DNA of 64,000 nucleotides from a virus (taxonomy: Duplodnaviria; Caudoviricetes): the IMG/VR virus record IMGVR_UViG_3300029305_002733, positions 1 through 64,000 of that record; one strand, 5' to 3'. The position numbers and the translations under genes were made by a program. Every line of letters begins with the position of its first letter. The stretch's first letter is position 1. This document shows, piece by piece, positions 11,580 to 22,638 of the stretch. Below the pieces are notes generated by a model that saw only the letters and a list, made by a program, of their open reading frames with translations, did no database searches and was not told the DNA's origin.

Positions 11580-13262
11580 TTAGACTGTTTTAAAAATGTT
11601 AACCTCTTCCATTAACTCGTTTGCAGTATCGGCAACTCTATTTGCTTTATCAAGAATCTGTTCAATAGTTGCTGCCTGCTGTTCTATATTGGCCATTGTT
11701 TCCTGTGTACTTGCACTATTCTCTTCGCTAATAGCTGATAAATTAGAAATAATATCTACAATCTCAGCAATATTCTTATTAATGATTTCAATCATTGAGT
11801 TAATACCATTCACTCTATCAACTGTATTATTAATATTTTCACCAAGAGAATTAAATACATCATAAGTTTCATTGATCTTCTGACTCTGATAATCTACATT
11901 GGTTGTAGTATTCTTCATACTATCTTCAATCAGATTATAATTCTTATTTAAATCCTTAAGAATCTTTTCAATTGCCTCGGAAGAATTTGCAGACTGAGTA
12001 GCAAGTTCTCCGATACTAGATGCTACAACACTGAATCCTCTACCCGCTTCACCGGCACGAGCTGCTTCAATATTTGCATTCAGAGATAATAACTTAGTCT
12101 GATCAGCAATTTCCTTAATTACATTTACTGCATCTTGAATCTTTTCTACGCTCTCACTGGTAATGCCAACCTGAGTATTCATGTTCTGAACATCTCTTAC
12201 AATCTCATTATTAGCTTTCTTTAAACCATCAAGCACGGTCATTGCTGTATTTTTTACTGCATTCATGTCCCTAGCAACACCATCGAGTTCATTGGCATTA
12301 ATACCAATCTTATTTAATTCGTCTGCTACACTACCGACCATCAGAGTTGCGTTACTTGTTTCTTCTGCCTGTGAATTTGCACCCTGAGCAACATCTGTAA
12401 TTGCTTTGGCAATTTCATTAGAAGCATTATTTGTAAGTTCCGCAGATGATTTTAAATTTTCAGCAATATCATTAAGTGTATCAACGGTTCCTTTCGTAGT
12501 GTTCATCATTATATTTAACTGTGAAACAAGATTAGCACTAACATTGTTGATGGTTTCAATTTCGTCTTTTGGATTTTCATATATCTCATAAGTATTAGAC
12601 AAATCATTCATAGACAAATCATTTACTACCTTATTGGTCTTTACTAATTTTAATCTAATTTTTCGAACGCGGAAAAGCACAAAAGCACTAATAACAAGCA
12701 CTACTCCAACTCCAACTTTAAGCATAGTCACCATTGTATTTATAATCTCACCATCTACATTGGAAGCAGGCTGTCCTGCAAAGATAGCTCCTACACATTG
12801 ACCGTCCTTCATTACCGGCTCATACCATGCGTAATACTTTATACCGTTTACGTTTGCATCCTTAGCAGAATAAATTTCGCCACTCTGTAATGCTTCATAT
12901 ATGCCATCGTCTATTTTTGTTCCAATAGCATTTGGTATTGTAGAAAACTTTCTAACCAAAGTACGTTCTTCTTCATCATAAGCAAATATCGTTATATCTG
13001 ATTCATTTACTTCTTTAAAATCTTCAAGCAAATCGGTTACTACTGCCATTTTTGTGTTATCTGCCGACATTAAAGCTGTTTCTTGAATAATGGCATATGT
13101 AGAAAGTCTTAAATATTCCAGCATGTCATTTTTCATAGTCTTACCAATCATAAGGGCACACACACCAACTGAAATAAAGGTTGTTATCATTGCTGGGGCA
13201 GTAGCATATGCTATGATTGCTGCGCCCAATGTATGAAGCCACTGTTTAATTTTTTTAATCAT
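11580..13262 (-). CDS. methyl-accepting chemotaxis protein with a Cache-type extracellular sensor
   Basis: Two TM segments around a Cache-like domain ([21 protein letters not shown]); hairpin-tip signature [27 protein letters not shown]. Confidence 0.93.
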   Translation of the reverse strand: MIKKIKQWLHTLGAAIIAYATAPAMITTFISVGVCALMIGKTMKNDMLEYLRLSTYAIIQETALMSADNTKMAVVTDLLEDFKEVNESDITIFAYDEEERTLVRKFSTIPNAIGTKIDDGIYEALQSGEIYSAKDANVNGIKYYAWYEPVMKDGQCVGAIFAGQPASNVDGEIINTMVTMLKVGVGVVLVISAFVLFRVRKIRLKLVKTNKVVNDLSMNDLSNTYEIYENPKDEIETINNVSANLVSQLNIMMNTTKGTVDTLNDIAENLKSSAELTNNASNEIAKAITDVAQGANSQAEETSNATLMVGSVADELNKIGINANELDGVARDMNAVKNTAMTVLDGLKKANNEIVRDVQNMNTQVGITSESVEKIQDAVNVIKEIADQTKLLSLNANIEAARAGEAGRGFSVVASSIGELATQSANSSEAIEKILKDLNKNYNLIEDSMKNTTTNVDYQSQKINETYDVFNSLGENINNTVDRVNGINSMIEIINKNIAEIVDIISNLSAISEENSASTQETMANIEQQAATIEQILDKANRVADTANELMEEVNIFKTV

Positions 13263-13271
13263 AAATCCTCC

Positions 13272-14171
13272 TTATCCAAACACATTGTTTTTAATTTCAT
13301 CTAGTTTAAATGGGATGTAATATGAAAACCCATTATTTTCGTTACAAGTATATTCAAAATTAGAATAACTCTGTAATTTATCTGGTGTAGCTTGTGCTCT
13401 ATAACAAGTGTCTTTAACCGGACATTCATTACTAGTGCACATAGTCACGTCTGGCATTTTTAATCCTCCTCCTTTGTTGATTCTTCCTGTAATCTTCTTC
13501 TAAATTCTCTTTCGGCCATTGACATACCTTGACCTAATGCCCCAATATCTAAGATACATTTAACGTTATATTCCTTTAAGAGTTCAACAATAATTTGTTC
13601 ATAGATTTCATTTGCTCTCTTCCATGTTATAGTTGGATATTGAAGTGCCAAATAAAATAATCGTCTTGGGACATAATACTGAGCATTCATCATATGATTA
13701 TAAAATTCTTCATTAGTAATACAAGACACCTCCAATCAAAAGTTGTTTTTATTGTATAGTTTTAATTATGCGTAGTTCCCTTTATTTTTAAAGGCAAGGA
13801 AAAATTTCCCTGCCTTGGATACAAAGGCTGAACTGTTTCTTTTGTTCACACCTATACAATAACACTACTTTTTAATTTTGTCAAGTATCTAATTGCATAT
13901 TTTTTAATTATGCGTAGTTAAGAACATTAAGAATGATTGGATAGCCCTCTCCGTAATAGAAACTATCATTATATGATACGAAATCCACTGCTTCTTCATA
14001 GTCCATACCTTCCTTCTCAATAAGCCATTCAATCATTTTGTCATAATCGTACACTGCTCTGTTGTCATTAGTAACACCGATGAAGGCATCATCATATGAT
14101 GGATTCTCATAGATGATAACATCTTCATAGCCATAATCTTCAATCATCTCTCTGGCTTTCATGTGAATCAA
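13272..14171 (-). CDS. three small hypothetical ORFs (13272-13457 Cys-rich, 13460-~13700, 13908-~14162)
   Basis: ORF track; SDs for the first two; DDAFIGVT..AVYDYDKMI pattern typical of phage small proteins. Confidence 0.65.
13856..13884 (-). promoter_or_regulatory. sigmaA promoter TTGACA-17-TATTGT with extended -10 TG, between operator motifs 13903 and 13761
   Basis: tgtcaa 13879-13884, acaata 13856-13861. Confidence 0.7.
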
Positions 14172-14185
14172 AATCTCCTTTTATT

Positions 14186-16438
14186 TTAGTTGTTATTCTC
14201 AAGCATCATCCATGTATTTCTCTTATTATGACTTGTGCGAATACACTGTAAAAACGCCTGTGGTTCTGCTAATAATAAGCATCTCTTCTTTGCTCTAGTT
14301 AACATTGTATACAGCATACAGTTATCAAGAAGCTGATAATGTGTATTATCAATAATTCCAATTACCGTCTTTCTACCGGCACCTTGAAGCTTATGTGTTG
14401 TCATTGCATAAGCAAGATCTAAAACACCAAGATCTTTCTTTGTATATTCAATCTGCTTAGTTCCAAGGACACTATCATTAAAAGTAACAATACAATACTC
14501 TTCTTTTTTCTTACCATCATAACGTTCATCAATTGTGGTTATACATCCAATTTCTCCATTAAAGACATTCTTATCATAATCATTAACAGTTTGCATAACT
14601 CTTGCACCAAGCTTAAAAGTCATGTTGTAATTGGAAATACTTTTCTTTTCATTTGCAAGCAACTTATCTTGAATAATTTTATTCAGTTCAAAGGTACTAT
14701 TAAGACAATCCTTTTTTCTTGGAACCGCAATAACCACATTATCTAATCCATCTGTTTCAACTGATTTTAAAAATGTCTTTACTGCAATATCAAAAAGAGA
14801 CTGTCTGTTATCTCTAAACATATAGAACATATCCTGTAATTCACCATGTACAATTTTTGGTGCTACCTTTTCAGAAATCGGATTTATATTTTCACGGATT
14901 AAATTAGCATCTACTAAGATACCACTCTGTTCTGCCTGTCTCATTGGTTTAATCAATTTGCTTACAACAGAATCATCTAACATCTCAATTAAATCTGAGA
15001 AAACATTGCCAAATCCAATTGGAGGGAGCTGCTTATGATCACCGGAAATAATAATTCTCGTATTATCGCTAATCGCCTCTAGCCAATGCAAAAACAAACT
15101 TGCATTTACCATACTTCCTTCATCAAGAAAAGCAACATTTACAATCATCTGATTATCTTTATTGAAAGTGAATTCATTAAAACCCATACATCCCAATGTT
15201 CTATGAATTGTCATCGCTGGGAATGATGTCGCTTCAGTAATTCTCTGAGCCGCCATTGCTGATAACGCAGATGCCGCAATCGAATAACTATTTTCTTGAT
15301 AGGCCTTTATGATTGCTCTCATAATAGAGGTTTTACCAGTACCGGCCTTACCGGTTATTAAACTTACCGTTCTATTTAAACTGTTCTTAATTGCTTCTAA
15401 CTGTTCTGGAACATAGGTAAAGCCTTGTTCGTCCTCGGCATGCTTGATTGCTTTTTCAATTTGTTCATCAGTTAACTTGATAGTTGTACTAATCTTTGCT
15501 TTAGCAAAAAGTAATTCAAAGATTTTCATTTCAATATCATAGTAGTACTTTAACCCGATTTTACCATCATTCATGTGTAAGAACTCATTGTTTTCAAACA
15601 ACCAATCAACTTTGTCTGCACATTCTGGAACGTTGTTACTAATTGCTGCTCTTAAAATACTTTCAGAAACCCATGTGTGACCGTTACTTTCTCCAAGTTC
15701 ACGAAGATGATATCTTACAAAAGCAACCAATCTTTCAGTAGAATTGACAAGGTGTGGTTTTAATTTTAACGCTAAATCATCTGCCTTTTTAAATCCAATA
15801 CCGTCAATTTTACATACAATCCAAGGATTATCTTCAAGTTGCTGTTTGAGCAATGCAGGATTAGGTTCATCCGACAATAGCTTTTTAATCATCGCATATG
15901 TAACCCCTAATGGTTTTAACATTGTAATAATATCTGAAATAAGATAGTTATTCATGATTTTATCCTTAATCTTATTCCAAGTTGCCTCTCTAACACCTTT
16001 AACCCTGTCATAATCAATAACCTTTAATTTGCCATTTACAACATCTGATACTACATTTGGATATGCCTCTATCAAATTTTCTGCAATTGTTGGATGAATT
16101 AAAGATTGTAAAAACAATAATTGTGACTCCCTACTCTGAGGAAGAATGGCATATACAGATACAGGAACGTACTGATGTCCATATGTTTTGTCACATTTAT
16201 ATTTTGCTTTAACAAGATACTCTCCACCAACAATTAACTGTTGCATCTTACCGGCGAGAGTACAAATCTTCTTTGCAGGTGATTTTGTTTTTCCATCAAA
16301 GAATGGATCTGCCGCAACCTTTTGACAATATGGGATATCATCTTCTGTGGAGAATCCATAAACTCCCCACAGCGATTCATCAGAATACCATCGTTCTCCA
16401 GTAATGGTTACTTTAAATTCAAAAATTTCATCATCCAT
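14186..16438 (-). CDS. recD2: RecD2/TraA-family SF1B helicase
   Basis: ITGKAGTGKTS Walker A, LDEGSM, GDHKQLPPIG, YAMTTHKLQG, YTMLTRAK; N-terminal HhH-like region. Confidence 0.92.
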   Translation of the reverse strand: MDDEIFEFKVTITGERWYSDESLWGVYGFSTEDDIPYCQKVAADPFFDGKTKSPAKKICTLAGKMQQLIVGGEYLVKAKYKCDKTYGHQYVPVSVYAILPQSRESQLLFLQSLIHPTIAENLIEAYPNVVSDVVNGKLKVIDYDRVKGVREATWNKIKDKIMNNYLISDIITMLKPLGVTYAMIKKLLSDEPNPALLKQQLEDNPWIVCKIDGIGFKKADDLALKLKPHLVNSTERLVAFVRYHLRELGESNGHTWVSESILRAAISNNVPECADKVDWLFENNEFLHMNDGKIGLKYYYDIEMKIFELLFAKAKISTTIKLTDEQIEKAIKHAEDEQGFTYVPEQLEAIKNSLNRTVSLITGKAGTGKTSIMRAIIKAYQENSYSIAASALSAMAAQRITEATSFPAMTIHRTLGCMGFNEFTFNKDNQMIVNVAFLDEGSMVNASLFLHWLEAISDNTRIIISGDHKQLPPIGFGNVFSDLIEMLDDSVVSKLIKPMRQAEQSGILVDANLIRENINPISEKVAPKIVHGELQDMFYMFRDNRQSLFDIAVKTFLKSVETDGLDNVVIAVPRKKDCLNSTFELNKIIQDKLLANEKKSISNYNMTFKLGARVMQTVNDYDKNVFNGEIGCITTIDERYDGKKKEEYCIVTFNDSVLGTKQIEYTKKDLGVLDLAYAMTTHKLQGAGRKTVIGIIDNTHYQLLDNCMLYTMLTRAKKRCLLLAEPQAFLQCIRTSHNKRNTWMMLENNN

Positions 16439-16439
16439 T

Positions 16440-19400
16440 TTATACTGCTACTCCTTTCTTCCTCATTTGCTCTAACCACAAATCATATGGTTTTATTTTT
16501 TCAACAATTACTTTTTCTTCATTATCTTTCTTGCATAAGATTGCAATTTGCTGACCCTTTTTTACAATATCCTCATATTCTTTTAACTGTGAATGCCATA
16601 CAATCCCTTCAACCAATCCAAAGCTAGAATAGATATTGATATAAGCAAACTGTTTGCCGTTTTTATCTTTTTTCTTTTGTACTCTTGCAATAATACCTAC
16701 TAATGTACACTTGTCACCATCTGGAATATCTTCAAATGGAGTTAAGAATGAATACGCTGCATCAAACGGATTATTATCAATGAATACTTGTAAGGTTTCA
16801 AACTCCCAAAACTGTTCGTTCTCAAGATACTTTTTATTCTCATCAATGTATTTCTGAAAACGAACCTGTTGCTCTGCATCAAATTTAATCTTTTTACGTT
16901 TATTATATTCTACTAACAAAGCTTCTTTATCATATGTAACTCTTTTACCACTTGATGGAAGAATATATTTGTCAATATTAATACCCCACTCATCCTGAAG
17001 TGCCTTATATGTAGGAAGAGATTTAACCTCCACAAACTGCAATGCCTGATATTGAGACTTCAGATATGATATAAGTTTCTCTCTCTTATTCTTACAAGGG
17101 ATTGCCCCAGATTTAATTAACGCAATAACCTGAGCCTTTGTTAATGGAACTCTTGATACTAAGTCATCAAATGATTTAAAGTTACCATTTGCATTTCTCT
17201 CTTCAATAATTTGAGTAGATAATGTTTCTCCAATTCCACTAATAGCAGATAATCCGAATAATACCTTATCATCTACTACTGTAAAGTTCATACCAGACTG
17301 GTTAATCTTTGGAGGAGTAATATTTACATTGAAGTATCTTGCATCTAAGATATACTTATTAATTGCTCCGGCCTTATCTTTATTCTGGTTAAATAATGCC
17401 TTGAAGAAATGAGTTGGATAATGTGCCTTAAACCATGCTGTTTCAAAACAAAGAACTGCATATGAGTACGAATGCGACTTATTAAACAGATAGCCACCCT
17501 TTGTAGATAATTCATCTGCGATCTTATCTGCAATCTCTTTAGGATATCCATTGGCAACAATTTCTCCTCGAAGAATTTCTGCCTCTTTCTTTACTAACTC
17601 TGGAATCTTTTTACCAATTGCCTTACGGAACAAATCCGCCTGTCCATAAGAACGTCCACCGAATTTTCTAACAATATCTAAAAGCTGTTCCTGATAAATG
17701 AGACAGTAGTTTGTATCCTTAAGAATCATATCCATATCTGCATGAATAGATGTTGGTCTATGACCACTTGTTGCCATTTCAATAAACTCATCCAAGGCTC
17801 CCATACTATCTGGTCGATACAGTGCTAAGATGACAGAAATAATTTCAAAATCTAACTGCTCAAGCTTTGGCTTCAACTTAATCAATAAGTCCTTCATTCC
17901 ACCGGATTCAACCTGGAACACTCCATTCGTTTTACCAGTTGCTAACAAAGCATATGTTTCTTCATCCTTCTCGAATACTGGATTGTTAATGTCGTAATCC
18001 CATGGATCAAGATTTAAATCGTCTTTAATTTCTTTAACAAGGTTCAATGTAGCAACACCAAGTAAGTCAAACTTTACAATACCAATATCTTCAATGTAAT
18101 GCTTATCTACTTGGATAACATGTTCTCCCTTGGTTCCAATCTTCATTGGCATATAATCATTAATGTTTGTATCAACGATTCCAATACCACCGGCATGAAT
18201 AGATACAGTTTTAACACGACCACTTAAATGCTTTGCTATATCAAACAATTCTGCATACTGAGGATTATCCATAATCAACTTAGGATTTGCTTTTATACAG
18301 TCATCCCACTTGTCAAATGTAAACTTCTGAGATAACTTCTGCATCTGATTATATTGGAAACCAAGAATTTTACCTACATCAGTGATTGCCACACATGGTG
18401 TAATATATGAATAGTTGATAATCTGACATACTCTATCTTCTCCATACTTATCAACCAAGTAATCAATAATAACATCTCTGTCACCTACGTCAGTATCAAT
18501 ATCCGGAAGACCAACTCGTTCTGGATTTAAGAATCTTTCAAAAATCAGTCTATACTTAATTGGGTCGATATCTGTGATATGACAACAATAACAAACCAAT
18601 GAACCTGCGGCAGATCCTCGTCCCTTACCAACCTCAATACCAAATCGTTCGGCTGCTTTAATGAAGTCCCATACGAATAAGAAGTATCCATCAAATCCCA
18701 TGGAATGAATAACACCCATTTCATATTCAAGACGGTCTCTTCTTTCTTTTTGTTCTTCCTTGCTTAACTTATCATAGCCTCTATCAACCCAGCCTTGTTC
18801 TACTAAATGCCAAAGAAATTCATTATTGTCTTTAAATCCTTCTGGTAATGGGAAAGTAGGTAACTGAGGTTTCTGAAATGGCATATCAACATCTTCGATT
18901 AAATCTGCAACCTTGTTTGTATTCTCCAACCCAAGACAAACATTGTCATACCCGATTTGTTCATCCATACATTCATGAATTTCTTCTTCTGATTGCATAT
19001 AACAACCTTCGTAAACTTCACTGTTTTCAATTGCAGTTTTATCATTGTTTGCGCTGTTTCTACCAATCTTAATTAATTTATCCTGATAGTATAAATCTTC
19101 TTTTGTCGGTGCATGACTATCTGTTGTAATAACGAATGGTACACCAGTGGTCTCTGATAATTTTAAAATCTTTCTATTGTATTCACATTGGTCTTGATGC
19201 TTATGTGACTGCATTTCAAGAAAGAAATACGGGAACACTTCTTTGTACTCATTTACATAATCAACACACTTTTGAAAATCTTCTTCTCGTGCAATCTTAC
19301 TTGCCAAACAAGCAGATGAGATAACAAAGTTTTCTGCATATGGTTTTAAATCATGAATGGTACATCTTGGCTTAGAATAGAATCCTTCAAAATTGCTCTT

Positions 19401-19709
19401 TGTAATAACCTTATTTAAATCTTTTCTCCCCTGTTCATTTCTAATAAGACAGATTAAATGGGAGTACTTATTATCTTTATCCTTAATTTCGATATCATCA
19501 CATTCATATAATTCGCAGCCATAAATCATTTTTACATCCGGATAATCCTTTTTGATCAAATCGAAGTAAATATGTGAATAAACATTTCCATGCTCTGTGA
19601 CTGCGAATGCTTTTAATCCAAGTTTTTGTGCCTGTTCCATCATTTCTTTAGGACTTCCATATCCATCAAGTAATGAGTAATATGTATGATTATGTAATGA
19701 ACTGTACAT
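16440..19709 (-). CDS. dnaE: DNA polymerase III alpha subunit (YorL-like)
   Basis: PHP domain HNHTYYSLLDG, GRGSAAGSLV, PDIDTD catalytic motif, FNKSHSYSY, C-terminal OB fold. Confidence 0.97.
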   Translation of the reverse strand: MYSSLHNHTYYSLLDGYGSPKEMMEQAQKLGLKAFAVTEHGNVYSHIYFDLIKKDYPDVKMIYGCELYECDDIEIKDKDNKYSHLICLIRNEQGRKDLNKVITKSNFEGFYSKPRCTIHDLKPYAENFVISSACLASKIAREEDFQKCVDYVNEYKEVFPYFFLEMQSHKHQDQCEYNRKILKLSETTGVPFVITTDSHAPTKEDLYYQDKLIKIGRNSANNDKTAIENSEVYEGCYMQSEEEIHECMDEQIGYDNVCLGLENTNKVADLIEDVDMPFQKPQLPTFPLPEGFKDNNEFLWHLVEQGWVDRGYDKLSKEEQKERRDRLEYEMGVIHSMGFDGYFLFVWDFIKAAERFGIEVGKGRGSAAGSLVCYCCHITDIDPIKYRLIFERFLNPERVGLPDIDTDVGDRDVIIDYLVDKYGEDRVCQIINYSYITPCVAITDVGKILGFQYNQMQKLSQKFTFDKWDDCIKANPKLIMDNPQYAELFDIAKHLSGRVKTVSIHAGGIGIVDTNINDYMPMKIGTKGEHVIQVDKHYIEDIGIVKFDLLGVATLNLVKEIKDDLNLDPWDYDINNPVFEKDEETYALLATGKTNGVFQVESGGMKDLLIKLKPKLEQLDFEIISVILALYRPDSMGALDEFIEMATSGHRPTSIHADMDMILKDTNYCLIYQEQLLDIVRKFGGRSYGQADLFRKAIGKKIPELVKKEAEILRGEIVANGYPKEIADKIADELSTKGGYLFNKSHSYSYAVLCFETAWFKAHYPTHFFKALFNQNKDKAGAINKYILDARYFNVNITPPKINQSGMNFTVVDDKVLFGLSAISGIGETLSTQIIEERNANGNFKSFDDLVSRVPLTKAQVIALIKSGAIPCKNKREKLISYLKSQYQALQFVEVKSLPTYKALQDEWGINIDKYILPSSGKRVTYDKEALLVEYNKRKKIKFDAEQQVRFQKYIDENKKYLENEQFWEFETLQVFIDNNPFDAAYSFLTPFEDIPDGDKCTLVGIIARVQKKKDKNGKQFAYINIYSSFGLVEGIVWHSQLKEYEDIVKKGQQIAILCKKDNEEKVIVEKIKPYDLWLEQMRKKGVAV

Positions 19710-19724
19710 TGTTACCTCCTAAAA

Positions 19725-21524
19725 CTACCAAGCTTCATCTTCATCTGTAATTTCCTCATCCCATTCAGAGGAACTTGTATTTGTTGTAGAAATAACATTG
19801 ATATCTTCAATGGTAATCTGAGGAGTTCTGATACCGTTATATTCATTAATTGATGGTTTACCAACAATAGTGAATGTAATACTATCATTCTCATCCCATG
19901 CGTCTTGAAGAAAATCATATAGTTTATTTCCTTCTTTACACTTGAACTGTATATATTTTATTTCGTTAAGTGTAAAACTAATTGTATCGGCATTACTGCC
20001 AAATATCTCAAAACAATCCTTTGTTAATGTAATATTTTCAACTGCAATCATCGGCTCATCAAGACCTTGCCCAATAACATCTTCAAGTCCACCCAATTCC
20101 ATAATTAAGCCAACAGTTACGTCTTCTGGATATAGAATAAAATCCACTGTATATGTAGAGTCATATTCAACATCTTTTAGCATATGATTTAACTCATTAA
20201 TAGCTTCGTCCTTTTTATCTAAGTCAAGATTAATGCCAAAGGCATTAGCATGACCTCTACCCCAATTGAAAGCTGTACAACTGTTAATCACATCCTTCAA
20301 ACTTTCTACCGGGCTATGATCAACATTTCTTGCACTACCACCATAGGTTGTTTTTCCAGTCTTTTTATCAAAAAACTGATTGAGTAAAATACATGGTTTA
20401 TTAAACATCTCTGCTACTTTAATTGCAGTCACACCACTTAACCCGCTATCAAGTAGTTCAGTTGTATCAACAATAATAACCTTATCATCAAAAGGCATTT
20501 CATTTACAACTTCTGCAATTGCCGCTATACCTTTTTCTTTAGCTTTATCCTGTCTGCTCTTTGCATTTTTACAAAGTCTGGCAGCTCTATCATAAATGCT
20601 TTCCTGAATTACTTCCGCAGGCTTGTCTTTTGTTGCACGTTTCTTATATTCAAAAAATGCATCTTGTTCAATAAATGCTTTGAATAGCAATTCTTTTTCT
20701 TCACTAGAGCCAAAACGAATCATACCGTTTAAGATTGTCGTAATATACCACTGTACACCATGAATGTTAACCTTGCTCTTCATACTATAATCTTGAGCTG
20801 TAACAAGTGCTTGAAAACATTTGTTCTGTACATTAGACAACCCCGTATCAACAAAATATCTTGTCTCAAAGGCTTTCATATCCATAACATCACTGATATT
20901 TGCCAAAGCACATAAATCTAAATAATCATCTGCAAATTCGTTCCAGTTTTCTTCATCTAACGCTTGTAAGAAACGATATACAACACCGGCACCACATAAA
21001 TTCTTATTAAAATAATTAGCACTCATCTGGTTATTTACAATAAGAGCATAAGGATTATCTTCTTCTTTTTCATGATGGTCTAAAATTAAAATGTCTGTAC
21101 CCTTCTCAGATAATTCTTTGCACTGTTCTGTATCATTTGTTCCAGCATCTGGAATAATGAGTAACTTAATATCTTCTGGAATAATTACATCTTCCGAAAG
21201 ACCATGCGCTTTTGCCTTACCATGTAAAATATATTCTACCGGGTAATTCTCATCCATTCTTTTAACATACAAATACATCATCGCTGCGGAGCAAAAGCCA
21301 TCAGGATCTTCGTCCACCAAGATACCAATTTTATTTTGTTCAGTGTAATGCTTCATGAACAATTCTACTGCCTCTTTGATATTATCTAATTTCTGATATG
21401 GAATTACCACATCATCGGAGAGGTTTAAATACTGTTCGTAGTCGTCTATACCACGGCAATCAAAGAACGATTTTATTGCCTCTGTGGTATCATTTTTTGA
21501 GTTCTTATATAATCTATATTTCAT
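19725..21524 (-). CDS. recJ: RecJ-like DHH ssDNA exonuclease (YorK-like)
   Basis: DEDPDG, ILDHHE, ANISDVMD, GGSAR, GHANAFG. Confidence 0.92.
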   Translation of the reverse strand: MKYRLYKNSKNDTTEAIKSFFDCRGIDDYEQYLNLSDDVVIPYQKLDNIKEAVELFMKHYTEQNKIGILVDEDPDGFCSAAMMYLYVKRMDENYPVEYILHGKAKAHGLSEDVIIPEDIKLLIIPDAGTNDTEQCKELSEKGTDILILDHHEKEEDNPYALIVNNQMSANYFNKNLCGAGVVYRFLQALDEENWNEFADDYLDLCALANISDVMDMKAFETRYFVDTGLSNVQNKCFQALVTAQDYSMKSKVNIHGVQWYITTILNGMIRFGSSEEKELLFKAFIEQDAFFEYKKRATKDKPAEVIQESIYDRAARLCKNAKSRQDKAKEKGIAAIAEVVNEMPFDDKVIIVDTTELLDSGLSGVTAIKVAEMFNKPCILLNQFFDKKTGKTTYGGSARNVDHSPVESLKDVINSCTAFNWGRGHANAFGINLDLDKKDEAINELNHMLKDVEYDSTYTVDFILYPEDVTVGLIMELGGLEDVIGQGLDEPMIAVENITLTKDCFEIFGSNADTISFTLNEIKYIQFKCKEGNKLYDFLQDAWDENDSITFTIVGKPSINEYNGIRTPQITIEDINVISTTNTSSSEWDEEITDEDEAW

Positions 21525-21527
21525 CTC

Positions 21528-22550
21528 TTACCTCAATTTATATATGTTATTATCAACTAATCGCTGCCATTTCATTGGATTATCAGAAGGAGATTCGTGG
21601 CCACTTAAAATATCATCTTCATCAAACATATACAACAATGGAACTCCCTCTGGAAATTTCTCAGCAATCTCTTCAATCTCTTCTTTTGTTACATCCTTGT
21701 CAAAACACAACACAATTTCTACTCCAAGACGAACTAACATATCAATTTGATGATGTGACAACTCCTTGCCGCCGGTACTACAACTATTCCGGTATCCATA
21801 TCCCCAAAGCTGAAGTGGGAATTTCTCAGATTCTCCAACGTAAACACGGCCAGTCGCTTTAATATAACTGATTGTTTTATATAGTCCGTATAAAATTCTT
21901 GACTTTGCACATCGTTCTAAATAAATATATTTATTTTCTCCCTCTGGAACATCTCTGTGAAAATATCTTGCTTTGACACCAACTAAATCACCAAGTTCTG
22001 ATCTAATTGGAATGGTATATCTATTTGTTTCTTCATCAAACCCTATCTCAAATTCTCTCTGTGTTGAATAGTCGATGTTATCTTCATAAAACAAATCGTT
22101 GACATATGGTTTGTAATAACTGAGAATCTGTTCACTAATTGGAATCAATGGTTTTTCTTTCTCTATATTAGAGTTACTATCCATGTCATCAAGTAGTTTC
22201 AAAATTTTAAAGCACTCAGGCATATCTTCTTCAAAATCATGGTAATATGACAATCCGATTTCCTGGCATATATATTTCAACCCTTCCGGGAATAATAATT
22301 TCTTTGTATAACAAACTAAATCAATTAAGTCTGTTGCTCTATTAGTTGAAACCATTTGTCTGGTATAATTTATTGCTGTAAGATATTCATTTTCATATAC
22401 ACAAATTGCAGTTGCATTATCTCCATCTGCATTGGCACATTGCCAAAATCCGCTTCTATGTTTTATATGATGACAACCAATACTAACTAAAATTTGTTCG
22501 ATATAGTTGTTTTCATATATGTAGGTTTTAAATTCTCTAATATCAAGCAT
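21528..22550 (-). CDS. dnaG: DNA primase (TOPRIM; YorJ-like)
   Basis: RYTIPIRSELGDLVGVKAR, VYVGESEK, CFDKD; position between helicase and RecJ. Confidence 0.82.
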   Translation of the reverse strand: MLDIREFKTYIYENNYIEQILVSIGCHHIKHRSGFWQCANADGDNATAICVYENEYLTAINYTRQMVSTNRATDLIDLVCYTKKLLFPEGLKYICQEIGLSYYHDFEEDMPECFKILKLLDDMDSNSNIEKEKPLIPISEQILSYYKPYVNDLFYEDNIDYSTQREFEIGFDEETNRYTIPIRSELGDLVGVKARYFHRDVPEGENKYIYLERCAKSRILYGLYKTISYIKATGRVYVGESEKFPLQLWGYGYRNSCSTGGKELSHHQIDMLVRLGVEIVLCFDKDVTKEEIEEIAEKFPEGVPLLYMFDEDDILSGHESPSDNPMKWQRLVDNNIYKLR

Positions 22551-22578
22551 TTTCTACTACCTCTAGAGAAACAATAAA

Positions 22579-22631
22579 AGGTATGAAATTATTCACTATA
22601 TAATTGTTCATAGTCATATAACTTCATACCT
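22579..22631 (-). promoter_or_regulatory. 14-bp RNA stem enclosing a 12-codon mini-ORF (22589-22627), followed by a U-rich tract; candidate attenuator
   Basis: AGGTATGAAGTTAT/ATAATTTCATACCT (one G-U pair on the minus strand); GAGGAGG SD, then MKLYDYEQLYSE*. Confidence 0.5.
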
Positions 22632-22638
22632 CCTCGCA

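Noticed and set aside
22579-22597. Self-target of the TnpB guide (shares GTATGAAATTATT with 30520-30532)
   Set aside because: Three mismatches fall in the scaffold-proximal seed; the match is plausibly chance in AT-rich DNA and is explained by the local hairpin.
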